DNA of 64,000 nt from an uncultured Candidatus Saccharibacteria bacterium. GTDB lineage: Bacteria; Patescibacteriota; Saccharimonadia; Saccharimonadales; JAGQNJ01. Shown in pieces: positions 48,694 to 59,910 of the stretch (positions are counted from its first letter, which is position 1; each line of letters begins with the position of its first letter). The position numbers and the translations under genes were made by a program. The stretch covers positions 197,053 to 261,052 of the forward strand of contig CAZPAW010000001.1 in NCBI GenBank assembly GCA_964584895.1, given 5' to 3'. The notes under the pieces are model-generated. The model saw nothing but the letters and a program-made list of their open reading frames with translations, was not told the DNA's origin and searched no databases.

Positions 48694-49566
48694 ATGAAAA
48701 TCGTAATTAAACCAGGAAAATATATAGTTGCGGTTTCTGGTGGCGTGGATTCAATTGTTTTACTTGATTTGTTATCAAAAAACAAAGATCTTGAATTGGT
48801 AGTTGCACATTTTGATCATGGTATAAGACGAGAGTCTGAAAAAGACAAAAATTTTGTCGTTGAATTAGCTGGCCGATATGGGCTACCAATCCGAATAGGA
48901 GAGGGGAGGCTTGGTAGCGGTACTAGTGAAGAGCGTGCGCGGAGGACTAGATATGACTTCTTGCATGAAGTTATGAAAAGTGAAGGCGCCGATGCAATCA
49001 TAACTGCGCATCATCAAGATGACTTGGTTGAAACCGTAATATTCAATATCTTGCGCGGGACAGGTCGAAAAGGCATCACTTCGTTATCGAATAATAAAAA
49101 TATCCAAAGACCACTACTTGGTATAAGTAAAAATGAAATTATTAAATACGCCAAAACAAACAATCTTGCTTGGGTTGTAGATTCTACTAATTACGATACG
49201 CAATATACACGTAACTGGATCAGACATATTCTAATTCCAAAAATGGATGACGAGAAAAAAGATCAAATTTTAATGCTATATCAATCACATCAACCAATTA
49301 ATTCCGAGGTGGATGAGGCAATCAAGCGAATTATTGATTTTGAACAAGATCTAAAAAAATCAACCCTGTTGAACTTACCATATTCAATCAGTTGTGAATT
49401 GGTTGCGGGTTGGCTACGAGATAAGGGTTTGGCAGAATTTGACAAAAAAACAATAGACAGAATAGTGCGAGGCGTAAAGACTTTGCCGACAGGAAAAACT
49501 ATAGATATATATGATAATAATCAAGTTATTATTGGCGATAAAAAACTAGAAATAGTAAAAAGGTAA
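48694..49566 (+). CDS. tilS: tRNA(Ile)-lysidine synthetase
   Basis: PP-loop 'VAVSGGVDSIVLLDLL', 'DHGIRRESEKD'. Short TilS form (~290 aa). Start set at the MKIVIKPG Met; the ORF is open from 48658. Confidence 0.8.
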   Translation: MKIVIKPGKYIVAVSGGVDSIVLLDLLSKNKDLELVVAHFDHGIRRESEKDKNFVVELAGRYGLPIRIGEGRLGSGTSEERARRTRYDFLHEVMKSEGADAIITAHHQDDLVETVIFNILRGTGRKGITSLSNNKNIQRPLLGISKNEIIKYAKTNNLAWVVDSTNYDTQYTRNWIRHILIPKMDDEKKDQILMLYQSHQPINSEVDEAIKRIIDFEQDLKKSTLLNLPYSISCELVAGWLRDKGLAEFDKKTIDRIVRGVKTLPTGKTIDIYDNNQVIIGDKKLEIVKR

Positions 49567-49612
49567 CTCTTGCCTATAAAAATCCAAAATTATAGGTATA
49601 ATAATTGTTTGT

Positions 49613-51481
49613 ATGGATAAAAAGTTGAAACAGCGCCCAGGTGGGAACGGCTACAATGGTAAGCGCGGGCTCAAAAATCTGGGCTTTATCGTTATTATTA
49701 TTTTAATAGGGTTAATTGTTTACGCCTCTTTTAATAAACCGAGTGAATTAACTTCGGTGCCATTTAATGACGTAGTAACGAGAGCAAACAATGGCGAAAT
49801 CCAAAAAATTGAATTAACTGGCGATGAACTCGTAATTACCAAGAAAGGTGATAGTGAGCCAACTGAAGAATCAAGAAAAGAGCCAGAAACATCTCTGAGC
49901 GAACAGGGTCTTGATACAACAAAAGTCGAGCTGGTAGTAAAACCGGCTGATTCTAATGCTACCTGGACAAATATAGGCGTTTCTTTATTGCCCGTGATAA
50001 TTATTACAGGTGTTTTGTTTTTTATGCTCAAGAGTGCTCAAGGCCAAGGTAATCAGGCAATGAGCTTTGGTAAAAGTAAGGCTAGATTATATGGTAACGA
50101 AAAGGACAAAGTAACTTTTAAGAATATTGCAGGCACAGAAGAGGCAAAGCAAGATTTGTCTGAAGTTGTTGATTTTTTGAAACATCCAAAGAAATTTATT
50201 GGTGTAGGTGCTCGTATACCTCAGGGCGTGCTACTAGTGGGTCCACCTGGTACCGGTAAAACAATGCTAGCGCGGGCCGTTGCCGGCGAGGCAGGAGTGC
50301 CATTTTTTAGTATTTCTGGTTCTGAATTTGTCGAAATGTTTGTCGGAGTAGGTGCTTCGCGGGTTAGAGATTTGTTTGCCAAGGCTAAGAAGAATGCACC
50401 TTGCATAATTTTTATAGATGAAATAGATGCTGTGGGCCGAAAACGTGGTAGTGGTATGGGAGGTGGTCATGACGAGCGCGAGCAAACACTGAATCAAATC
50501 CTTGTTGAGATGGATGGTTTCGAGCAAGGTCAAAATGTTATTGTTTTGGCTGCTACTAACAGGGCGGATGTGCTTGACCCAGCGTTACTTCGTCCTGGAC
50601 GATTTGATAGGCGAGTAAAAATTGATCTACCTGATCGAAAAGCTCGAAAGGCTATACTTGAAGTACACTTTGAGAAAAAACCGCTAGACTCTCATGTTGA
50701 TCTTGATGCGCTTGCTGCAAAAACTGCAGGTTCATCTGGTGCCGATCTTGGCAATATCGTTAACGAGTCTGCGATTATTGCTGCAAGAGAAAATCGAAAA
50801 ATTATTAAGCAAGCTGATGTTACTGCGGCTTTTGAAAAAGTAGCAATTGGGCCAGAGCGAAAAAGCAAGATCATGAGCGATAAAGAAAAAGAACTTTCAG
50901 CCTATCATGAGGGCGGTCATGCTGTCGTTGGTCATGTATTGCCCGATAGCGATCCTATTCATAAAGTTACGATTATCTCTCGTGGAAATACTGGGGGCGT
51001 TACTTGGTCAATTCCGCCCGAGGACAAAAGTTATCATAGTATCGTTGAATTTAAAGATGCACTAGCTAGGATGTTAGGCGGGCGTATTGCAGAAGAACTA
51101 ATATACGGCAAAGATCATGTTACTACAGGCGCAGGTTCTGACTTACCTAGTGCTGCAGAGCTTGCACGCGATATGATTATCAATCAGGGAATGGGTAGTG
51201 GCCGACTTCGTAATCAAGTTTTTCATGTTGATGAAGGTATTATGATGGATAAGCTTATGCACGAGAGACAATATTCTGAAGATACCGCCAAATTAATTGA
51301 CGACGAAGTAGAGAACTTAATTACTGAGGCTGCTAATCGTGCCCGAGATGTTCTAAAAGCTAATAAGGCAGGCCTTGAAAAACTAAAAGACGTATTATTA
51401 GAAAAAGAAACAGTTGAATCTGAAGAAGTGCTTGAGATCCTAAAGGATAGTGTTATGCCAAAATCCGCTATGCTTTATTGA
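49613..51481 (+). CDS. ftsH: ATP-dependent zinc metalloprotease FtsH
   Basis: Walker A 'GPPGTGKT', Walker B 'IIFIDEID', SRH '[19 protein letters not shown]', zinc site 'HEGGHAV'. Confidence 0.95.
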   Translation: MDKKLKQRPGGNGYNGKRGLKNLGFIVIIILIGLIVYASFNKPSELTSVPFNDVVTRANNGEIQKIELTGDELVITKKGDSEPTEESRKEPETSLSEQGLDTTKVELVVKPADSNATWTNIGVSLLPVIIITGVLFFMLKSAQGQGNQAMSFGKSKARLYGNEKDKVTFKNIAGTEEAKQDLSEVVDFLKHPKKFIGVGARIPQGVLLVGPPGTGKTMLARAVAGEAGVPFFSISGSEFVEMFVGVGASRVRDLFAKAKKNAPCIIFIDEIDAVGRKRGSGMGGGHDEREQTLNQILVEMDGFEQGQNVIVLAATNRADVLDPALLRPGRFDRRVKIDLPDRKARKAILEVHFEKKPLDSHVDLDALAAKTAGSSGADLGNIVNESAIIAARENRKIIKQADVTAAFEKVAIGPERKSKIMSDKEKELSAYHEGGHAVVGHVLPDSDPIHKVTIISRGNTGGVTWSIPPEDKSYHSIVEFKDALARMLGGRIAEELIYGKDHVTTGAGSDLPSAAELARDMIINQGMGSGRLRNQVFHVDEGIMMDKLMHERQYSEDTAKLIDDEVENLITEAANRARDVLKANKAGLEKLKDVLLEKETVESEEVLEILKDSVMPKSAMLY

Positions 51482-51627
51482 TTTTTTATCGTTTCAAAAA
51501 ACAAATATACACCTTATAATAAGCGGTAAATGAATGCTTTTATGTTAAATAATTTTATGGTTGCATTTTTGACGCTTATAGATGCACAGAGGTTGATGAT
51601 TGTTGGCCTTCGTAAAGGTCAAGTGGA

Positions 51628-53226
51628 ATGAATCGGTTTTTGAAACGCGCAAGCAAGAGCATGTCAATTGGCGGTGCGGCAACTCTACTTATTTCTATCT
51701 CATTACTTGGTCAAGTATTGGGTTTTTTAAAAGTAAAGTTGATCAATGCAAACTTTCCTGCTACCGGTCTTCAGAGTACCGATGCATATTTTGCTGCATT
51801 TAAAATTCCGGATTTTTTCTTTCTTACGATTGCTGCTGGTGCTCTCGGGGTTGCTTTTATCCCATATCTATCAGACAAGTTAGAGAAAGGTGATAAAAAA
51901 GGTGCCTGGCAAATATCTTCGAGCTTACTTAACTTATTAATGATTTTCATGTTTGTTGTAGGTCTGGTTATCTTTATTTTTGCCGAGCAGTTAATAGAAC
52001 TATTGGTTGCGCCTGGGTTAACGCCAGAACAGCTAAGTAATGCTGTGATGATTATGCGTCTAGTTTGTCTGAATCCATTAATGTTTACGATATCTGGAAT
52101 ACTTATGAGTGTTCAGCAAACTATTGGACGATTTTTCTTTTTTGCTATCGCACCATTATTTTATAGTCTTGCCATCATTGCTAGTACGCTAATATTTCGC
52201 AATAATGTAGGAATTGTAGGCCTTGGAATCGGTGCGGCAGTCGGGGCTGCGCTACAGTTGATTATCGCACTTTTGGGAATGTGGGGTACAAAATTCCGAT
52301 ACGAAACTATGATTAGATGGGAGAATGCGGCTTTCCGTGGAGTGCTTAGGCAATTACCGGCACGATCAGTTGACCAGGGGATAGATGCGATTAACTCGAT
52401 TGCAGAAACGAACTTCGCTAATAGACTCGGTCCGGGCAATGTTACTTATTATGAGAATGCTTACGTCATACACACAACCCCAATATTATTACTTGGAAGC
52501 GCCATATCAACAGCAGCATATCCAAAATTAACCGAAAGATTGTCACAGGGCAGGCCGGATCTATTTAGAAAAGATTTCATTGACGTGTTACGAGCTATGA
52601 TATGGATTTTGATGCCGGTCGTTATTGTGGCATTTTTTGCTCGAGGATATTTGGCGAGAATTATTTACGCTCGACCCGATGATGCAAACCAGATTGCATT
52701 AATTCTTGGCTTTTTGTGTGTAGCGATTTTTTTCAGAACTATCTATCAAATAATCTCGAGATATTTTTACGCACATAAAGATTCCATGACACCGTTACTC
52801 GTTTCAATCTTTATTATTGCTCTCAACGTTTTCTTGGCCTGGAAACTCTCCCAACGAGATTCGTACAGCGTGGCCGGTCTAGCGATAGCACAAAGCATTG
52901 CTGCTACTACAGAGGTATTAATACTAATATTATTAATGATGATCAGAGATAAAAAAATATTTACCTTGAAATTTTTAGGCGATTTAACAAGGATAATGTC
53001 TGTTTCTGGTTTTGCAGTTGTAGCTGCATACATTGCGATTTCGTTCTTGCCTCTCAACGCTACAGACGTAGGATTTCTTACGCTTGGGACAAAGCTAGTT
53101 GCGATTAGCCTTGTTACGTTTGGCGTATATATATTCATGTCATCTTTATTTAGTATCGAAGAATCTAAAGCTGTCACTGATAGAATAAAAAAGATTGTTT
53201 TCAAGCCAGTAAAAATTGATTGGTGA
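51628..53226 (+). CDS. murJ: lipid II flippase MurJ (MviN family)
   Basis: 532 aa, 14 TM. N-terminal 'GAATLLISISLLGQVLGFLKVKLINANF...DAYFAAFKIPDFFF' is the MurJ signature. Confidence 0.85.
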   Translation: MNRFLKRASKSMSIGGAATLLISISLLGQVLGFLKVKLINANFPATGLQSTDAYFAAFKIPDFFFLTIAAGALGVAFIPYLSDKLEKGDKKGAWQISSSLLNLLMIFMFVVGLVIFIFAEQLIELLVAPGLTPEQLSNAVMIMRLVCLNPLMFTISGILMSVQQTIGRFFFFAIAPLFYSLAIIASTLIFRNNVGIVGLGIGAAVGAALQLIIALLGMWGTKFRYETMIRWENAAFRGVLRQLPARSVDQGIDAINSIAETNFANRLGPGNVTYYENAYVIHTTPILLLGSAISTAAYPKLTERLSQGRPDLFRKDFIDVLRAMIWILMPVVIVAFFARGYLARIIYARPDDANQIALILGFLCVAIFFRTIYQIISRYFYAHKDSMTPLLVSIFIIALNVFLAWKLSQRDSYSVAGLAIAQSIAATTEVLILILLMMIRDKKIFTLKFLGDLTRIMSVSGFAVVAAYIAISFLPLNATDVGFLTLGTKLVAISLVTFGVYIFMSSLFSIEESKAVTDRIKKIVFKPVKIDW

Positions 53227-53262
53227 CGATCGTAATAGCATCTCTGTTATAATTACACGTCG

Positions 53263-55041
53263 ATGAACCAAGAACATATTAGGAATTTTTGCATTATCGC
53301 ACATATTGATCACGGCAAGAGCACGCTGGCCGATAGATTATTAGAATTGACCGGAACAATTGAAAAACGGAATATGAAAGCTCAACTTTTAGACCGTATG
53401 GATCTAGAGCGCGAAAAAGGTATAACCATAAAACTTCAGCCAGTCAGAATGAAGTATCAAGACTGCGAACTGAATTTAATTGATACACCAGGCCACGTGG
53501 ATTTTAGCTACGAAGTATCTCGTAGTCTGCAAGCTTGTGAAGGCGCGTTGTTGGTTGTTGATGCAAGTCAAGGGATTCAGGCGCAGACTTTAGCGAATGT
53601 ATACCTAGCTTTAGAACAAGACCTGAAAATTATCCCAGTTTTAAATAAAATTGATTTGCCGGCTAGTGATGTAGAACGAGTTAGTGCGGAAGTAATATCG
53701 TTACTTGGTTGCAGTAAAGATGAGATTATCAAGATATCTGCAAAGACTGGCGAAGGCGTCGACCAAGTTTTAGACAGAATCATCGCTGATGTTCCACCAC
53801 CAATAGGAAGTGAAAATAAAGATACCAGAGCTTTGATATTCGATAGTTATTACGATGAATATCGAGGAGTTATTTTGTATGTTCGAGTAGTAGATGGCAC
53901 AATTGAAAAAAATAACGAGATACGAATGATTGCCGCTGAGGCTAATGGGATTGCGTTAGACGTTGGTCACCTAAGCCCAGATATGTCATCTGACCAATCA
54001 TTAAATACTGGTGAAATTGGCTTTGTCGTCACTAACCTAAAAAGTACACAGGAAGCAAAAGTTGGTGATACGGTAACGTTGAAGGATCATCCATCTATCG
54101 AACCACTGCCCGGGTATAAAGAAGTTTTACCATTTGTTTATGCTGGGTTTTTCCCGACTAGCAACGAAGACTATAGTGATCTCAAGGATGCGATAGAAAA
54201 ATTAGCCCTGTCAGATTCGGCCTTAAGATATGAACCTGAAAATTCTCCGGTATTAGGTTTTGGGCTACGAGTGGGTTTTTTGGGATTACTACATATGGAT
54301 ATCGTCAAAGAAAGATTAGAACGCGAATACGACTTAGAATTAATTGTCACCAATCCATCGACGGACTATAAAGTTGTTCTTAGTAGTGGTGAAGAATTGG
54401 ATATCAAATCGGCATCCGAATTGCCGGATGTGTCAAAAGTAGCTGAGATAAAAGAGCCATGGATTAACGGTGAAATTGTCGTGCAAAATAATTTCGTTGG
54501 TGGCGTTATTCAGTTGATTTCTTCAAAGCGAGGTTTACAAAAAAATATTAGCTATGTTGACGAATTAGCGGTGGTCAATTTTGAAGCGCCACTAGCAAAT
54601 CTTCTAACTGATTTTTACGATCAACTAAAAAGTGTCACTAGTGGGTACGGATCATTTAATTATGAACTGGCAGACTATCGCACAGAAGATCTAGTACGTG
54701 TTGATTTCTATGTGGCCGGTGAAATTGTAGAATCATTATCGGTTATGACTCATAGATCTGAGGCTGTTAGTTTTGGTAGAGAAATTGTGGGTAAATTAAA
54801 AGAAGTGATTCCGCGCCAGCAGTTTAAGGTGAGTTTGCAGGCAGCTATTGGAGGAAACTTTATAGCACGCGAAGACATTAGCGCTTATCGCAAAGATGTA
54901 ACAGTTGGTTTGTATGGCGGTGATGTATCGCGTAAGAAAAAACAACTAGCTAAACAAAAAAAAGGCAAAGCTAGAATGAAAAAATTTGGTAATGTCGAAA
55001 TCCCTCCAGAAGCATTTACTGTAATGTTAAAACGTGACTGA
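53263..55041 (+). CDS. lepA: elongation factor 4 (LepA)
   Basis: 'IRNFCIIAHIDHGKSTLADR', 'DTPGHVDF', 'NKID'. The LepA-specific C-terminal domain is present. Confidence 0.95.
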   Translation: MNQEHIRNFCIIAHIDHGKSTLADRLLELTGTIEKRNMKAQLLDRMDLEREKGITIKLQPVRMKYQDCELNLIDTPGHVDFSYEVSRSLQACEGALLVVDASQGIQAQTLANVYLALEQDLKIIPVLNKIDLPASDVERVSAEVISLLGCSKDEIIKISAKTGEGVDQVLDRIIADVPPPIGSENKDTRALIFDSYYDEYRGVILYVRVVDGTIEKNNEIRMIAAEANGIALDVGHLSPDMSSDQSLNTGEIGFVVTNLKSTQEAKVGDTVTLKDHPSIEPLPGYKEVLPFVYAGFFPTSNEDYSDLKDAIEKLALSDSALRYEPENSPVLGFGLRVGFLGLLHMDIVKERLEREYDLELIVTNPSTDYKVVLSSGEELDIKSASELPDVSKVAEIKEPWINGEIVVQNNFVGGVIQLISSKRGLQKNISYVDELAVVNFEAPLANLLTDFYDQLKSVTSGYGSFNYELADYRTEDLVRVDFYVAGEIVESLSVMTHRSEAVSFGREIVGKLKEVIPRQQFKVSLQAAIGGNFIAREDISAYRKDVTVGLYGGDVSRKKKQLAKQKKGKARMKKFGNVEIPPEAFTVMLKRD

Positions 55042-55042
55042 T

Positions 55043-55738
55043 CTAAATCAAAGAAAATAACGATTCAATAATATTGCTGAAAATAATTTCTTCTGATGGT
55101 CTACCATTAATTTTGATTAATAGACCTTTAGATTCGTAATATTCAATAACTGGCTCTGTTTTTTCTTTGAACTCTTTTAGTCTAACTGCTAGCGTTCCAT
55201 GTGCATCGTCTGCGCGCCTTCCTCTGTCGCCGAGTTTTTTTGCAATCTCCCAACGCTCTTTGACGTCATTTTCAGTAATCTCTAAATAAATCACTGCTTT
55301 TAGTGGATGATTCGCCGATTCTAAAGCCTGTATCACTCCTGTTTCCTCGCCCTTCCATCGTCCTACAGAGCTCAAGATTAATGGTCTGCCTATCAGTGAA
55401 TCTTGGCTTAGATACGGCAATACTATTTTTATATAATCCTCGGTTGGGATTAATTCTCCACTACTCATAATATCCTTAACAGTTTCGGGAATTTCGCTAG
55501 CTCGAAGTATGTCGCCACCACCAATGAGGGGTGCGTTGAAAAGTTGTGCTAGCCTTTTACCTTGAGTGTCTTTGCCAGAAAATGGTCGACCAAAAATATT
55601 AATAGATCCACTACCTAGCCAGTTTTTGAGTCTATCAATATTTGCCGACGATAATTCCATAGTGTAATTATAGCGGAAAAGGGAAATACTTGTTATATTC
55701 GCCTTTTTGCTGGTGTCAAGTGTGTCAAGTATGTCCAT
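55043..55738 (-). CDS. P-loop nucleoside-monophosphate kinase family protein (adenylate-kinase-like); the true start may be the internal Met at 55660
   Basis: 'IFGRPFSGKDTQGKRLA' P-loop and 'LIGGGDILRA' resemble Adk/NMPK motifs, with a longer N-terminus than canonical Adk. Confidence 0.55.
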   Translation of the reverse strand: MDILDTLDTSKKANITSISLFRYNYTMELSSANIDRLKNWLGSGSINIFGRPFSGKDTQGKRLAQLFNAPLIGGGDILRASEIPETVKDIMSSGELIPTEDYIKIVLPYLSQDSLIGRPLILSSVGRWKGEETGVIQALESANHPLKAVIYLEITENDVKERWEIAKKLGDRGRRADDAHGTLAVRLKEFKEKTEPVIEYYESKGLLIKINGRPSEEIIFSNIIESLFSLI

Positions 55739-55763
55739 CCGCTAGCACTGCCGAACAAACATA

Positions 55764-55790
55764 TTGGCACTCTTGACATGAGAGTGCCAA
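55764..55790. promoter_or_regulatory. CIRCE-like operator TTGGCACTC-N9-GAGTGCCAA, overlapping a TTGACA -35 box
   Basis: Perfect 9-bp inverted repeat with 9-nt spacer, matching the CIRCE layout (TTAGCACTC-N9-GAGTGCTAA) except A to G. It sits 24 bp upstream of hrcA. Confidence 0.75.
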
Positions 55791-55801
55791 GTTTGATACA
55801 C

Positions 55802-55826
55802 TAGCACTTACAAATGACAAGTGCTA
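55802..55826. promoter_or_regulatory. second CIRCE-like inverted repeat TAGCACTT-N9-AAGTGCTA, overlapping the hrcA start codon
   Basis: 8-bp arms with 9-nt spacer. The hrcA ATG at 55814 lies within the spacer. Confidence 0.6.
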
Positions 55827-56533
55827 ATTTATCACCAAGACAAGAAAAGATTTTGGCCTCTATAGTAGAGCAATATGCAGAGGTTGCTAGTCCTGTTGGT
55901 AGTAGCTTGCTGTCAAAAGCCTTTAATGTTTCATCAGCAACAATACGATCAGAAATGGCAGAACTAGAAAAACTTGGCTATATTAAGCAACCCTATACTA
56001 GCGCTGGACGAATACCGACTGATAAAGGCTATCGACATTATGTAAACTTACTACAAGATCAAGACGAGCCAATGACTAGTAAAAGGGCAGAAAGGGCTTT
56101 GTCGGCGCGAGTCGATAATGCGGGATTGCCAAAACAGACTATCCGAAATGCTGTTGATACTCTTGTCGAGCTAACAAGTAATCTAGGAATAGGCACAATC
56201 GGCGATCAATTATATATGAGTGGGCTTAGTAATTTGTTTGGTCAACCAGAATTTATTCAGCCGGGACAGGTCCAGGAGGTTGCGAGGCTTCTGGACAATC
56301 TTCAGCCATGGCTTAAAGAAACAGCACCAAACGAACCTTTGAATGTTTATATCGGACGAGAAAATCCAATCGGCGGTAGCGCAGGATGTAGCTTAATTAT
56401 TAGCAGATTCCGAAGTCCGTATTCTGATCATAGTTATGTTGGTGTGCTTGGTCCAACTAGGCAGAGTTACCGTGGAGTCATTAGTCTAGTTCGCCAAACA
56501 GGCGAAGCATTAGAGGAGGCTTTGTATGAGTAA
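55814..56533 (+). CDS. hrcA: heat-inducible transcription repressor HrcA (short form)
   Basis: N-terminal winged helix 'RQEKILASIVEQYAEVASPVGSSLLSKAFNVSSATIRSEMAELEKLGYIKQPYTSAGRIPTDKGYRHYV'. Heads the hrcA-grpE-dnaK operon. Confidence 0.8.
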   Translation: MTSANLSPRQEKILASIVEQYAEVASPVGSSLLSKAFNVSSATIRSEMAELEKLGYIKQPYTSAGRIPTDKGYRHYVNLLQDQDEPMTSKRAERALSARVDNAGLPKQTIRNAVDTLVELTSNLGIGTIGDQLYMSGLSNLFGQPEFIQPGQVQEVARLLDNLQPWLKETAPNEPLNVYIGRENPIGGSAGCSLIISRFRSPYSDHSYVGVLGPTRQSYRGVISLVRQTGEALEEALYE

Positions 56534-57014
56534 AAAACCAACGCTTAAAGATCTGCAACAGCAAGTCGGTGAGTTAACAGAGGCTCTTCAGCGAGAACGC
56601 GCAGATTCGCTGAATATTAGGCGACGTCATGACGAGCAGATTGCAAGTCTAAAAGATCTAGTTAAAGTTAGTGTAGTCGAAGATTTGTTGCCAGTAATTG
56701 ATAACTTTGAAAGAGCCTTAAAACACGTACCAAAAGATCTAGAAAATAATGATTATGTGAAAGGTGTATCCGGAGTAGTAAAACAATTTGAGAATACTCT
56801 CAAGCAAATGGGCGTCGAGAAGATAAAGACAGTTGGTGAACAATTTGATCCTAATCTACATGAAGCAGTTGGCGTCGAAGGTGATGAGAGTGAATTGTCG
56901 GTAGGCGTTGAAGTTGTCAGCGAGGAACTTCAATCTGGATATAAGTTAAACGATGTGATTATTCGTCATGCAATGGTAAAAGTTAAAAAATCAAACCTTA
57001 AAGGAGGTAAATAA
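56526..57014 (+). CDS. grpE: nucleotide exchange factor GrpE
   Basis: Coiled-coil N-terminus and 'DPNLHEAV' C-terminal beta-domain. Overlaps the hrcA stop. Confidence 0.85.
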   Translation: MSKKPTLKDLQQQVGELTEALQRERADSLNIRRRHDEQIASLKDLVKVSVVEDLLPVIDNFERALKHVPKDLENNDYVKGVSGVVKQFENTLKQMGVEKIKTVGEQFDPNLHEAVGVEGDESELSVGVEVVSEELQSGYKLNDVIIRHAMVKVKKSNLKGGK

Positions 57015-58925
57015 ATGGGAAAAATAATAGGAATCGATTTAGGAACAACAAACAGCGCAATGGCTGTAATGCAATCAGGTAAGCCGGAAATTATTGCTAA
57101 TACAGAGGGTAACCGAACGACTCCTTCAGTCGTGGCGATCAACAAAAATGGTGAGCGACTTGTTGGGCAGGTGGCAAACAGACAGCGCGTAACTAATCCA
57201 AATAATACTATTTTTGGAATAAAAAGATTAATTGGACGGAAGTTTGATAGTAAAGAAGTTCAGCGTGATATCGAACTAATGCCGTACGAAATCGAAAAAA
57301 GTGGCAATGGCGTCAAAGTTCAGATGTCAGATAAGCAATATAGCCCTGAAGAAGTCAGCGCGATGATTCTAGGCAAACTAAAAGCTGATGCCGAGAAGTT
57401 TTTGGGCGAGCCGGTAACAGAAGCTGTAATAACTGTGCCTGCATACTTTGACGATAGTCAAAGACAGGCGACAAAGGATGCTGGAAAAATTGCCGGGCTA
57501 GAAGTAAAGCGAATCATTAACGAGCCGACTGCAGCTGCTCTTGCTTATGGGTTAGACAAGGGTAAAGAAGAAAAAATCGCTGTGTTTGACCTTGGTGGTG
57601 GTACTTTTGATGTATCAATATTACAACTTGGTGACGGTGTTTTTGAAGTGCTGTCAACCAACGGCGATACTCACCTTGGGGGTGAAGACTTTGACCTAAA
57701 GATTGTTAACCACTTCGTTGATGAGTTCAAAAAAGAAACTGGTGTTGATGTAAAAACTGATAAAGCTGCGATGCAACGTCTAAAAGAAGAGGCTGAAAAA
57801 GCTAAAAAAGAACTTTCAACTACAGAAGTCGCCGATATTAATCTGCCATTCTTGACTGCTGATGCTGAGGGTCCAAAACACTTTGAATACAAATTAACTC
57901 GGGCAAAATTAGTTGATCTTGTTCAAGATTACATCGACAAAACTGCCGAGCCATGCAAAAAAGCCTTAAAAGATGCCAAGTTGGAAGCTAAAGACATTAA
58001 CGAGGTGATTTTAGTCGGCGGAATGACTAGGATGCCAGCAGTTATTGAAAAAGTGAAAGAAATTTTTGGTAAGGAGCCAAAAAAAGGTGTTAATCCTGAT
58101 GAGGTTGTTGCCGTGGGTGCGGCAATTCAAGGTGGTGTATTACAAGGTGATGTTAAGGACGTATTGTTACTAGATGTTACTCCACTAAGTCTTGGTATAG
58201 AAACATTAGGTGGAATTACTACAAAGTTAATAGAGCGAAACACAACAATCCCTTCAAGTAAAAGCGAGACATTCTCGACCGCAGCCGATAATCAACCACA
58301 GGTAGAGATTCATGTATTGCAAGGCGAGCGCGAGATGGTGGCTGATAACAAATCGCTAGGTCGATTTGTGCTTGACGGCATTCCACCTGCTCCTCGAGGT
58401 GTTCCGCAGATTGAAGTAACCTTTAATATCGACGCTAACGGTATATTAAATGTTAGCGCAAAGGACAAAGGATCTGGCAAAGAACAGAGCATCACTATTC
58501 AAAACAGTGGTAATTTGGACAAAGAAGAAGTCGAAAAAGCGGCTAAAGAAGCTGAAGCGCATGCCGAGGAAGACAAGAAAAAGCGCGAAGCAATTGAAGT
58601 ACGAAACCAACTAGACAGTGCTGTCTATCAGGCCGAAAAGTTAAAAACAGATAATAAAGACAAGATTAGTGATGAAGATGTCAAAAATATTGACAAAGCG
58701 GTCGAAGAAGCCAAAAAAGTTCTAGCTGATGACAAAGCAGACAAAGATAAGATTGAAACAGCTGCTAAGGAACTTAACGACCGGATAATGCCAATCGGTG
58801 CAAAAATGTACGAGCAAGCGCAAAAAGACGAAAAATCTAGCGACAAAGAAGGTGAAGAAGCTAAAAAAGATAAAGATGAACCGGTAGAAGGCGAAGTCGT
58901 AGACGAAGACAAGAAAGAAAAATAG
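57015..58925 (+). CDS. dnaK: molecular chaperone DnaK (Hsp70)
   Basis: '[10 protein letters not shown]', 'DLGGGTFD', '[13 protein letters not shown]', acidic C-terminus. Confidence 0.97.
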   Translation: MGKIIGIDLGTTNSAMAVMQSGKPEIIANTEGNRTTPSVVAINKNGERLVGQVANRQRVTNPNNTIFGIKRLIGRKFDSKEVQRDIELMPYEIEKSGNGVKVQMSDKQYSPEEVSAMILGKLKADAEKFLGEPVTEAVITVPAYFDDSQRQATKDAGKIAGLEVKRIINEPTAAALAYGLDKGKEEKIAVFDLGGGTFDVSILQLGDGVFEVLSTNGDTHLGGEDFDLKIVNHFVDEFKKETGVDVKTDKAAMQRLKEEAEKAKKELSTTEVADINLPFLTADAEGPKHFEYKLTRAKLVDLVQDYIDKTAEPCKKALKDAKLEAKDINEVILVGGMTRMPAVIEKVKEIFGKEPKKGVNPDEVVAVGAAIQGGVLQGDVKDVLLLDVTPLSLGIETLGGITTKLIERNTTIPSSKSETFSTAADNQPQVEIHVLQGEREMVADNKSLGRFVLDGIPPAPRGVPQIEVTFNIDANGILNVSAKDKGSGKEQSITIQNSGNLDKEEVEKAAKEAEAHAEEDKKKREAIEVRNQLDSAVYQAEKLKTDNKDKISDEDVKNIDKAVEEAKKVLADDKADKDKIETAAKELNDRIMPIGAKMYEQAQKDEKSSDKEGEEAKKDKDEPVEGEVVDEDKKEK

Positions 58926-59233
58926 TGAGTAGTTATCCTGGTGTACCACCAAGTGAACGCAGCCCGTTATCTGAAAATGAACAATTGTTATGGAATTCCT
59001 CAGTCCTATATCTAACGGTTGATTACCAGGAGCTTGATCCCATAGAACAAGCTGTAGAAGATCATAGACTCGGACAGGCTTATGATCTAATGCATTCTGA
59101 TTTGGATGTAGATCCCGAAAGAGGTGCTGAATTTTTGGCACAAGTTGGCCATGAGTATATTTTGCGGCCGAACGAGTTAGACATAGCCTTGGAGATACAT
59201 CGTGATAGATCGCTAAGAGAAAGGCATCAATAA
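58925..59233 (+). CDS. hypothetical small acidic protein (GTG start overlapping the dnaK stop)
   Basis: 102-aa ORF. Coding status uncertain. Confidence 0.35.
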   Translation: MSSYPGVPPSERSPLSENEQLLWNSSVLYLTVDYQELDPIEQAVEDHRLGQAYDLMHSDLDVDPERGAEFLAQVGHEYILRPNELDIALEIHRDRSLRERHQ

Positions 59234-59308
59234 TACATTTGACAATGGAGTATTGCGCTAAAAAATAATCTACCATACCTAACGTCGTAAAAAAGGTACA
59301 ATAAAAAG

Positions 59309-59902
59309 ATGAAAACATTAAATAACACATCAAAATTATCAAAAATATGGGCATGGGTATTAACTGTTGGCGGGTTGTCTGGCGTGATTGCTATGACAAT
59401 GCAGGCTAGTGAGAGAATTACAATGCTCAAGAATCCGACTGTTCCACTCAGTTGTAATTTAAATCCAATCATTGATTGCGGGACAGTGCTTGATAATCGA
59501 TTGGCTGCACTTTTTGGTTTTCCTAATGCATTCATCGGTATGATTGTTTTTGCCGGACTAGCGCTTAGTGGATTATTTTTGATAACAGGAACTAAGCCAA
59601 ACAAAGCGTATCGCAATATTGTGATGGCGCTCAGTACAATTCTATTAGGTTTTAGTATCTGGTTTTATAGCGTAAGTCTCTACGTTATTGCTAAAATTTG
59701 TATTTTTTGTTTAGTAGGATGGTTCGTCAGCATCCCAATTTTTGTTTACTCGTTTGCACAATGGGCAAGCGGGTCTAATAATAAATCGCTTCAAAAAGCA
59801 GGTGAGTTTTTCCAAAAAAATCACATCAATATAATTGTTGTTTCGTACGTGATAATGGCGTTAATGTACGTATTAAAATTTCAAGAATATTATTTTGGAT
59901 AA
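59309..59902 (+). CDS. vitamin K epoxide reductase (VKOR)-family membrane protein
   Basis: Loop cysteines 'CNLNPIIDCG' and TM4 active site 'CIFCL' (CxxC), 4-5 TM. Adjacent to dnaJ. Confidence 0.6.
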   Translation: MKTLNNTSKLSKIWAWVLTVGGLSGVIAMTMQASERITMLKNPTVPLSCNLNPIIDCGTVLDNRLAALFGFPNAFIGMIVFAGLALSGLFLITGTKPNKAYRNIVMALSTILLGFSIWFYSVSLYVIAKICIFCLVGWFVSIPIFVYSFAQWASGSNNKSLQKAGEFFQKNHINIIVVSYVIMALMYVLKFQEYYFG

Positions 59903-59910
59903 AAAAATAA

